A DNA stretch of 34,407 nt from a virus. Lineage: Duplodnaviria > Caudoviricetes. This document shows, piece by piece, positions 7,534 to 13,822 of the stretch. Numbering within the stretch: the stretch's first letter is position 1; each line of letters begins with the position of its first letter. A model generated the notes under the pieces. The model was not told the DNA's origin. It was given only the letters and a program-made list of their open reading frames with translations, and did not search any database. The position numbers and the translations under genes were made by a program. The DNA is taken from IMG/VR virus record IMGVR_UViG_3300023245_000055, positions 1-34,407 of that record, one strand, 5' to 3'.

Positions 7534-7712
7534 GGTGTTACCTCCTCTTTGCATATGTAACCAGCTACCCGTGCTCCACCATACCAACCGGACTCAACGT
7601 AGCCCTCACCGGTCTGCTCACACGTGGTCATGCTGCTGTCAGGTACTACGTGTACCTGCTGTTCGATGATACCTGTACTGGTGTACAGTATCAGTAGTAA
7701 TGTCACGATCAT
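7530..7712 (-). CDS. Small exported protein (60 aa)
   Basis: Hydrophobic N-terminus, two Cys, AGGAG RBS. Confidence 0.65.
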   Translation of the reverse strand: MIVTLLLILYTSTGIIEQQVHVVPDSSMTTCEQTGEGYVESGWYGGARVAGYICKEEVTP

Positions 7713-7721
7713 ATCATTCTC

Positions 7722-7931
7722 CTAGTTGTTGGATACTACCGCTACCTCCTCGATAGTGGGCAGTAGTGCGCTCTCATCTTGGGCAGTAGTCCGGACTACC
7801 CAACGTGTTTTCACAGTTCTCCTACCTATCCGAGCATACGGACGGCAGTCATGGTATCTCACCTGGTAGAATTCGTAGTACTCATCCCACCTACAGGCAT
7901 CAAGTAGACACCCATGCAATTGGGTCTTCAC
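7722..7931 (-). CDS. Hypothetical protein
   Basis: In-frame GTG at 7931 behind GGAGG; contains palindrome copy 3. Confidence 0.45.
   Translation of the reverse strand: MKTQLHGCLLDACRWDEYYEFYQVRYHDCRPYARIGRRTVKTRWVVRTTAQDESALLPTIEEVAVVSNN
7786..7799. promoter_or_regulatory. GTAGTCCGGACTAC palindrome copy 3
   Basis: Perfect 14-bp palindrome. Confidence 0.55.
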
Positions 7932-7948
7932 TGTCCCTTTCCTCCGTA

Positions 7949-8092
7949 TCAGTGGAGCAATTGGAGTATCCAAACTCCTGCCCCTGCTACACTAAACAGT
8001 ATGCTCATTGGCAACACTGTCACTATACCTATCATCACTAGTGGCCCTGTCACCAGGTCTACCAGCTCTCGCATTACCTCTACCACTGGCAT
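7949..8092 (-). CDS. Small membrane peptide (47 aa)
   Basis: MPVVEVMRELVDLVTGPLVMIGIVTVLPMSILFSVAGAGVWILQLLH; AGGAG just upstream. Confidence 0.5.
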   Translation of the reverse strand: MPVVEVMRELVDLVTGPLVMIGIVTVLPMSILFSVAGAGVWILQLLH

Positions 8093-8339
8093 CTCTCCTA
8101 TTCACAACCAACAGGGCCAGTATCCCTGTCAGTATCATCACTGCCTCTATCATAAACCCTCACTCTGGTACTGCTACGAGCAAGAGGTATGGTGTGCTGC
8201 CTGTCATCAGTCTAACTAGTATCTCTTCCTGACACAGCTTGGGTGCCTCCCTCTCGGGTCACTCGCACACCATTCCTTTCCTGGCCTGCCATTACACAGG
8301 CACTCACATGATACGCCTCCACTTACAGTAGAATAGTAC

Positions 8340-8553
8340 ACGGTTAGACTGTCCCTTTCCCAAGGGCAAGATGAGTACACAAGGTTGCTAGGGTTTCTGC
8401 CTATACCTAGCCTCGGCTCACGCGGTTTGGAATTTCTCCCTGTTCCACGGCATATCGCCTACCCTGTACCAGCATCTAGTCTAGCATGTTGAGCTTCAGG
8501 CATAGGGTCCCTAGCTCGCCGCACCGTCAGAAACTGGCGCACAGTCTAACCGT
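8340..8553 (-). ncRNA. ~215-nt nested-stem ncRNA candidate
   Basis: 13-bp perfect terminal IR (8340-8352/8541-8553) with nested GCTAGGG/CCCTAGC, TGCCT/AGGCA and GCTCA/TGAGC stems. Confidence 0.6.
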
Positions 8554-8582
8554 CTACCATCCCTAATGTGTAGGCATGGTTC

Positions 8583-8710
8583 GCGTATCTCTACGCTATG
8601 GTCGGCACGGACTGCCCCTGTACCTCTTTGCTAGACACCCGATAAGGTGCAGTACCTGTGTACAGTAGGGCAGCCCGCCCCGTCTATGTGGGTAGTGTTA
8701 GTCCTACCCT
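8583..8710 (-). ncRNA. Structured RNA candidate
   Basis: GCGGGCTGCCC-TA-CTGTAC/GTACAG-GGGCAGTCCGT 17-bp bulged stem with G:U pairs, flanked by GCGTA-GAGA-TACGC and GGGTAG/CTACCC hairpins. Confidence 0.55.
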
Positions 8711-8730
8711 AGCTCTCGCTTTGTCACTCT

Positions 8731-8916
8731 CTAGTAGTCGCCTACATTCAGTGATACCTTAAGTTGCGTACCATTGGGCAGCAATAAGGTCTGGAATCCC
8801 TTGCTAGTCGCCAGCATGGACATTTTCTTGCCCTCTTTTGGCGGACGCATGGGCAGTGTCGTGTCAATGATCAGATGTAACTTACCATCTACAATCTTTA
8901 CCTCTACGTTATCCAT
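8731..8916 (-). CDS. Small beta-rich hypothetical protein (61 aa)
   Basis: MDNVEVKIVDGKLHLIID...GK...LATSKG pattern that I recall from small phage/bacterial hypotheticals; AAGGAG RBS. Confidence 0.75.
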   Translation of the reverse strand: MDNVEVKIVDGKLHLIIDTTLPMRPPKEGKKMSMLATSKGFQTLLLPNGTQLKVSLNVGDY

Positions 8917-8972
8917 TCGGATACTCCTTCAGTTGGTTATGGTCACCACCCCTATCTCAAGGGACAGTCTAC

Positions 8973-9000
8973 ACTACACTATCCTTTCGGATAATGTAGT
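8973..9000 (-). other. 12-bp hairpin with GAAA tetraloop overlapping palindrome copy 4
   Basis: ACTACATTATCC-GAAA-GGATAGTGTAGT; no U-tract. Confidence 0.55.
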
Positions 9001-9008
9001 CCGGACTA
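8997..9008. promoter_or_regulatory. TAGTCCGGACTA palindrome copy 4
   Basis: Perfect, intergenic. Confidence 0.6.
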
Positions 9009-9019
9009 TGCCTTTACAG

Positions 9020-9451
9020 TCAAGCTATTTCCCTAACTCTATCTATCTCAGCTCTCGCAACACGCACAGCATAGCGGGATTCGCATCCACTAGACAATGG
9101 TTTACCACTATCTGCAGCAAGGTACTCATACCCTGGTAGGAATACAAACATTCCTCTCCTAGCATGAGTTCGTGCGCTTGCCATAGTACTAGCATCGCTA
9201 GACTTGGCAGCCTTCACATACCCTTGCTGCATAGCCCTGGGTGCATTGAGAGGCAACGGTTTACGCGTGTACCATAAGTCCCATCCTAGGTCATAGTCGG
9301 ATAGCATCCGATTCCCTACCTTGTATGGTCTCGAACGGTTCACGCGTGCAGGTCTTCCCTTAGCCACGTTGAACCCTCTCTCAGACTCAGTTAGTCCCGT
9401 CCTGGGGATGTCAAGACACTTGTCCATTAGTGTCCCGGCTCTTGTTGTCAA
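9020..9451 (-). CDS. Hypothetical basic protein (start uncertain)
   Basis: 143-aa ORF; alternative ATG at 9427. Confidence 0.6.
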   Translation of the reverse strand: MTTRAGTLMDKCLDIPRTGLTESERGFNVAKGRPARVNRSRPYKVGNRMLSDYDLGWDLWYTRKPLPLNAPRAMQQGYVKAAKSSDASTMASARTHARRGMFVFLPGYEYLAADSGKPLSSGCESRYAVRVARAEIDRVREIA

Positions 9452-9465
9452 GAGGCTTGCTCATG

Positions 9466-9477
9466 TAGTCCGGACTA
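9466..9477. promoter_or_regulatory. TAGTCCGGACTA palindrome copy 5
   Basis: Perfect, intergenic. Confidence 0.6.
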
Positions 9478-9510
9478 TCCCGGACCACATTGACAAGTAT
9501 CCTGTTCACT

Positions 9511-9711
9511 CTAAGCGTGTCGCTCTACCGCAAACGTGGCATTAGCAGACAATTCTAGCCCTTGTTCTTGAGCAAAAGCCTCAAGCTCAGTCCTAGTAAG
9601 CTGATGAGTCGGGCCATTGAGCTTACGCCCGGGCTTAGACTTCCACCAGTTATACTGTCGCTCTTGATCCACATCATACGAGGCTCCACCCCGTGCTTTA
9701 TGTACACGCAT
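9511..9711 (-). CDS. Hypothetical protein (66 aa), probable first gene of the left arm
   Basis: GGGGAG RBS; lies downstream of the sigma54 promoter. Confidence 0.7.
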   Translation of the reverse strand: MRVHKARGGASYDVDQERQYNWWKSKPGRKLNGPTHQLTRTELEAFAQEQGLELSANATFAVERHA

Positions 9712-9739
9712 GGTGTCACTCCCTATAAGTTAGAAGAAG

Positions 9740-9751
9740 TAGTCCGGACTA
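9740..9751. promoter_or_regulatory. TAGTCCGGACTA palindrome copy 6
   Basis: Perfect; 29 bp upstream of ATG 9711 and just downstream of a - strand TATACT hexamer. Confidence 0.6.
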
Positions 9752-9973
9752 ACAATCGCGCAAGTATAACCCGCTCACTGTTAGTGTGTAGCTTTATACT
9801 GACTACATGCGGCAATGCTATAGACCGAGTGTACGACGACACCCTCAGTATGTACTATCCACGTCGAGACTAGGCGCATTACAACGTAACTAGTCCGAAC
9901 TGTTAACCTGTCAAGCGCAATGCTTGCGAGGGCCACCAACTGCCTCAAAGGCTTGCCGGGGCAAGATATATAA

Positions 9974-9990
9974 TGCAGACTGCGTGCCAA
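9974..9990 (-). promoter_or_regulatory. sigma54 (-24/-12) promoter, leftward
   Basis: TTGGCACGCAGTCTGCA with exact GG-N10-GC spacing. Confidence 0.75.
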
Positions 9991-10005
9991 CTTTGCCAAA
10001 AACTG

Positions 10006-10018
10006 TAAGTCATTGATT
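10006..10018 (-). promoter_or_regulatory. IHF binding site
   Basis: AATCAATGACTTA matches WATCAANNNNTTR, about -43 to -55 from the sigma54 start. Confidence 0.75.
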
Positions 10019-10044
10019 TATAAGGGTTTTTCCCGTTTGTAGAC

Positions 10045-10061
10045 TTGGCATGATACTTGCT
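10045..10061 (+). promoter_or_regulatory. sigma54-type site, rightward
   Basis: TTGGCATGATACTTGCT with GG-N10-GC spacing. Confidence 0.6.
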
Positions 10062-10067
10062 TGGATG

Positions 10068-10132
10068 GTCACAATGTGACGCAATAGGTCACTTTTATGA
10101 CAATTATGGTCAGAGGGTGACGTAAATTGTCA
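10068..10132. promoter_or_regulatory. Three phased TGAC-N7-GTCA repeats (putative enhancer-binding-protein sites)
   Basis: TGAC at 10077, 10098 and 10118, each followed 7 nt later by GTCA; extra GTCA half-site at 10068. Confidence 0.6.
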
Positions 10133-10280
10133 GTCGAGGCTGTAGGATACGGTATAAAGGCTAGTTTAATCAGGTAATATGATTGTAAAGGGTTGGCATA
10201 AAACGGGCTCAAACGAGCTTATATGGCGTCTCACGGCATGTATTGCTGGCAATGCGACCCGGTAAGTCTACCAGGTAACA

Positions 10281-10318
10281 TACTGTATGGATGTACAGTA
10301 CTGTATAAGTGTACAGTG
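10281..10318. promoter_or_regulatory. Tandem LexA (SOS) boxes 1-2
   Basis: TACTGTATGGATGTACAGTA (10281-10300) and TACTGTATAAGTGTACAGTG (10299-10318), both CTGT-N8-ACAG. Confidence 0.85.
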
Positions 10319-10332
10319 TTCCACGTGAAACA
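10317..10332. promoter_or_regulatory. parS: parS site 1
   Basis: TGTTCCACGTGAAACA matches the chromosomal parS consensus TGTTNCACGTGAAACA. Confidence 0.85.
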
Positions 10333-10366
10333 ACGTAACCAGGATGATAGACAAGATACTTGCATA

Positions 10367-10382
10367 TGTTCCACGTGAAACA
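10367..10382. promoter_or_regulatory. parS: parS site 2
   Basis: Identical 16-mer, 50 bp from the first. Confidence 0.85.
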
Positions 10383-10391
10383 GTCCGGACT
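10382..10391. promoter_or_regulatory. AGTCCGGACT palindrome core (copy 7)
   Basis: Fills the gap between parS 2 and LexA box 3. Confidence 0.55.
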
Positions 10392-10428
10392 ACTGTATAA
10401 ACGTACAGTACTGGGTATTTGTACAGTA
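10391..10428. promoter_or_regulatory. Tandem LexA (SOS) boxes 3-4
   Basis: TACTGTATAAACGTACAGTA (10391-10410) and TACTGGGTATTTGTACAGTA (10409-10428). Confidence 0.8.
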
Positions 10429-10446
10429 TAGGGGTGCAATGGTCAA

Positions 10447-10528
10447 GTAGCTTGACTATCTAAGCAACCCGCGGGCCCATGCAAGAAACGTGCCAGGATT
10501 CTGTCAAGAAAGCTGATAGTCAAGCTAC
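10447..10528. repeat. 14-bp perfect inverted repeat
   Basis: GTAGCTTGACTATC (10447-10460) and GATAGTCAAGCTAC (10515-10528). Confidence 0.75.
10480..10496 (-). promoter_or_regulatory. sigma54 consensus site, leftward
   Basis: CTGGCACGTTTCTTGCA, a perfect TGGCACG-N4-TTGCA. Confidence 0.7.
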
Positions 10529-10751
10529 CTGCCTACCTACCCCAAGGAGGGGTGCCCGGGCCTACATGACCTTCTATTGACTCCATCCATATTTCTCCAG
10601 CAAATTATTTTCTTAGGGAATGTTCGATTTATTCCTCTCTCCTCCATATATATTTTCTAGAAATTTCTTAATCGTGGCTCTCTTAGTTTTATACAGATTA
10701 GAGATTTCTAATCTTAATTAGAGATTTAAATCTTTGATTTAACATCTCAGG

Positions 10752-10778
10752 GAACTTTTTGCGATTTCTGGTGTCTAA
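10752..10778 (+). promoter_or_regulatory. sigmaE/AlgU-type (ECF) promoter
   Basis: GAACTT-N16-TCTAA facing the virion genes. Confidence 0.7.
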
Positions 10779-10922
10779 CTATACATTATTTATAAAAGTT
10801 CTTAAGATCATTGATAGATCGTAAGATAGTAAGTGAATTGAATAGATAGAAAGTATCAATTCTATTAATCTTATATTAGCTATAGTAATATAGTATTAGC
10901 ACATGAATTAGTAGAGGTCTCA

Positions 10923-11084
10923 ATGGGATTGGAACCAAACTTTCAAAACTGGTTAACACATACAGATCAACTTGAAGAATGGGCGAAGCAACTTATATTT
11001 GTTGCCGGATCTATGTATCAACAAGATCTAGAGCAAGCCAAGATAGTGTTAGACGAGTATTACTCGGCAACACCAAACAACTAG
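10923..11084 (+). CDS. Hypothetical protein (53 aa)
   Basis: MGLEPNFQNWLTHTDQLEEWAKQLIFVAG...; GAGG RBS; ends 9 bp before the next ATG. Confidence 0.6.
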   Translation: MGLEPNFQNWLTHTDQLEEWAKQLIFVAGSMYQQDLEQAKIVLDEYYSATPNN

Positions 11085-11093
11085 AAGAGCATT

Positions 11094-11990
11094 ATGGGAA
11101 CAACCTTTAATCCAACCGCTGTAGGCACGGGCTTCCGAGATACAGACAGATGGGACGTTATACTCGCAGAGATAGCGCAAGAGCTAGAAAATAAGGTAGA
11201 TCGTAACGGGGTATCCCCGAACGCGATGGCTGCCGACCTGGACATGGGTGATAACAACCTATTGAATGTCCTAGAGGGTGTTAACGGATCTGATGGTGTG
11301 AACCTCAGCCAAGTCACCAACCTAGCTACTGCTATCGCTACTACTATCGCTGGCACCGTCAGTGGTTCAGGTGGTACCGGTGCAGACCCGATTACTATCA
11401 ACTACGGTACTCTGATAGGCTCTCAAGGCTCTACCAACCGTACAGTGTTTAATCTTACTACTCTCTTGGGTGTAGTCAGCTATAGTGGTATCACAGTTAT
11501 AGTGAACGGGGTAGTACAAGTCCCGGGGCAATCATACAGCTCCAGTGGTACTACCTTAACCTTCACAGAGTCTCTCCTTCCTGGTTCAGATATCTTTCTG
11601 ATCTATGGGGATCTCAGCCCTACTCCTACCACTAGTCTTACAGTTAACAACTACGATCTCGGGGTGTTCGTATCGGGTACGCCATCTAACTCCCAGGAAA
11701 TCCTGAGGTTCGTAGCTCCCCGAGCTATATACTATGCTGATGACTTCGCTAACTCTAGATTAGATGCAGATACAGCAGCTACAGGTTCTTCCGTCTTTAC
11801 AGTTAAAGATGAGGGAGTATCAATCGGTACGATCACAGTTGCAGCAGCCGGTACTACAGGTACCTTCGCTACTACAGCTACAGACCATACTGTAAATATT
11901 GGTGATGTCCTGAGCATTGAGGCTCCGTCTACCGCGGATGCCACACTAGCTGATATCAGTATTACGTTATTTGGTTCACGGGCCTCGTAG
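11094..11990 (+). CDS. Tail fibre-like virion protein
   Basis: N-terminal NKVDRNGVSPNAMAADLDMGDNNLLN fibre motif; VNGVVQ.P...Y..SGTTLTF module; Thr/Gly-rich. Confidence 0.7.
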   Translation: MGTTFNPTAVGTGFRDTDRWDVILAEIAQELENKVDRNGVSPNAMAADLDMGDNNLLNVLEGVNGSDGVNLSQVTNLATAIATTIAGTVSGSGGTGADPITINYGTLIGSQGSTNRTVFNLTTLLGVVSYSGITVIVNGVVQVPGQSYSSSGTTLTFTESLLPGSDIFLIYGDLSPTPTTSLTVNNYDLGVFVSGTPSNSQEILRFVAPRAIYYADDFANSRLDADTAATGSSVFTVKDEGVSIGTITVAAAGTTGTFATTATDHTVNIGDVLSIEAPSTADATLADISITLFGSRAS

Positions 11991-11994
11991 TAAT

Positions 11995-13089
11995 ATGACA
12001 GTTAACTATTTCACTACCGTTGGTGGATTGATCCGGTATAACATCTTGGCTGGTGGCGGTGGTTCTATAGAACTCATAGATGCCGTTACAAATGCCCAAG
12101 TCGATATCCGATCAACCACTGGAAATATCTCTGGCCCTATTGAGTGGTCTCTGGATAATCAATACATCATATGTCCACTGTTCGCTACTATACCTTATGC
12201 TCGGATACACAGAATAGATGTTAACCCTGTTACCCTACTACCTGAGCTAGTTGATGTAGACTCAGGAACACCTACTATGGTATCTGGTGTATCAAATGCG
12301 TCCTGGTCATCCAATGGGGATCACCTCTACGTAACCGGAAACGCTGTTAGCGGTACTGGTACTACGTTACGAGCCTACGAGCTGACGGGTACGAATACTT
12401 GGAGTATCATAAGTCCTGATCCTTTCTCTGCTCAACCTGGTGATTATATATACGCGACCCACTTCAATCCAGCAGATCCTACTATGTTTGCAGCTGGAAC
12501 AGGGGACTCTCCTAGCCTTAGGCTGTACTCCAGAAATCTTGTTACTAACGCTTTTACAGATGTAACGGCCACTAAGTTGAGTGCTCAGATTGCGACGACT
12601 GGTAGGTTTGTAAATGCCTTACGCTTTTCTCCCGATGGTAACTGGTTAGTTCTAGCAGTTAACTCTTCTGTAGATTTACTTTACGTATACTACTACTCTG
12701 TAGATGGAGACGACCTTACGTATGAAGGTACTTTATTCAGCAGTGCTTCAGAAGACACTAATGGACTCAGTTTAGCATGGACACCAGACAGTAACTACTG
12801 CTACCTACAGAATGCTGATAGTAACGCCTCTACCAATACGCACTGCTGGGACTTCACAGGTGCGTCACCATCTACGGTAACTCTTACTAATGACCTAGGT
12901 GGTGTAATGTACCTAGCAATTAGCGCAGACGGAACTAAGATCACCGGATCAAATAGGGTATCCGGCACGTCTATGCATACTGCTGTCATCACCCCCGCTA
13001 CTGGGCAACTCAGTGCTTACACTACATTCAGCTGGCCTGGATCTACTACTGAAGTGGGCGGCATCGCTTACTCAAACCCCTGGACATAA
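11995..13089 (+). CDS. Beta-propeller protein (putative receptor-binding)
   Basis: Blade motifs WSLDNQYI, WSSNGDHL, FNPADPTM, FSPDGNWL, WTPDSNYC, ISADGTKI; ATG 11995 follows the upstream stop. Confidence 0.75.
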   Translation: MTVNYFTTVGGLIRYNILAGGGGSIELIDAVTNAQVDIRSTTGNISGPIEWSLDNQYIICPLFATIPYARIHRIDVNPVTLLPELVDVDSGTPTMVSGVSNASWSSNGDHLYVTGNAVSGTGTTLRAYELTGTNTWSIISPDPFSAQPGDYIYATHFNPADPTMFAAGTGDSPSLRLYSRNLVTNAFTDVTATKLSAQIATTGRFVNALRFSPDGNWLVLAVNSSVDLLYVYYYSVDGDDLTYEGTLFSSASEDTNGLSLAWTPDSNYCYLQNADSNASTNTHCWDFTGASPSTVTLTNDLGGVMYLAISADGTKITGSNRVSGTSMHTAVITPATGQLSAYTTFSWPGSTTEVGGIAYSNPWT

Positions 13090-13095
13090 TATACT

Positions 13096-13821
13096 ATGGC
13101 ATTAACTAAAGTAAAACTCCCCGTAGCAGCTATCTCAGCTATCGTTAACGGAACAAGTGATATCACTATCGGAACAGCCTCTGGTAATCTAGTAGTCACA
13201 CGGGGTGGTACAGTCGTCGGTACGTGGAGCACAGCTGGCCTTACGCTAGCTACAGCTGGTACGCTAGACGCTGACATCATCTCCGGTGAAGCAATCAACC
13301 TAGCTACAACCAGTGGTGCAGCAGCTACTATCGAGACTACGCTTACTCAGCTAGAGATCGGTACAAGTTCAGCCCACCCATTGGAGCTGTCAGCTAACGC
13401 TACGACTGCGTTGACGATAGCAACAGACGGTAAGGTAGCTCTGGCCGTAGACGGCACAGCTGCTAACCACCTAGTAGATAAAGGCTACGTAGATACAGCG
13501 GTTGCTGCTGCTGCCTCTATCGCTGATATCGCTGCTGTAACCGGTACCACCGGAAGCATCAGCATACCTAACAGCACCGGTAATAATCTTATTATCAACT
13601 GGGGTACTACAGCTAGTATCAACTCCGGGTCTGGTGCAGTAGCTGTAACCTTCAACAGAGAGTTCCCTAATGCCTTCCTTCAAGCGGTAGTCTCTAGGGT
13701 CATAGCTAGTAACGGTGCAGAAGAAGGTGTTAACTATGCCAGTGGATCTACTACAGGAATGAACATCTACGCTACCTATAGCGCATCCTCACCTTGTAGC
13801 TATGTAGCTATCGGTTACTAA
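13096..13821 (+). CDS. Tail fibre-like protein with gp53-like C-terminal domain
   Basis: HLVDKGYVD trimer motif; C-terminal LIINWG...VTF...FPN...YVAIGY. Confidence 0.75.
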   Translation: MALTKVKLPVAAISAIVNGTSDITIGTASGNLVVTRGGTVVGTWSTAGLTLATAGTLDADIISGEAINLATTSGAAATIETTLTQLEIGTSSAHPLELSANATTALTIATDGKVALAVDGTAANHLVDKGYVDTAVAAAASIADIAAVTGTTGSISIPNSTGNNLIINWGTTASINSGSGAVAVTFNREFPNAFLQAVVSRVIASNGAEEGVNYASGSTTGMNIYATYSASSPCSYVAIGY

Positions 13822-13822
13822 G

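Noticed and set aside
9380-9451. Two - strand TTGACA hexamers as sigma70 promoters
   Set aside because: No acceptable -10 element at 16-18 bp spacing.
9601-9650. Hammerhead core CTGATGAG
   Set aside because: No correctly placed GAAA or stems; antisense to a gene.
10068-10092. CRP site or matS
   Set aside because: TGTGA...TCAC spacing is 9, not 6; GTCACAATGTGAC has its half-sites reversed relative to matS (GTGAC-N3-GTCAC).
5135-10391. CRISPR array from the repeated palindrome
   Set aside because: Repeats are only 12-14 bp with spacing of hundreds to more than 1000 bp; no cas genes in the window.
9781-10439. - strand ORFs 9781..9999 and 10209..10439
   Set aside because: TTG starts without RBS; they run across sigma54, LexA and parS sites and the peptides look like translated motifs.
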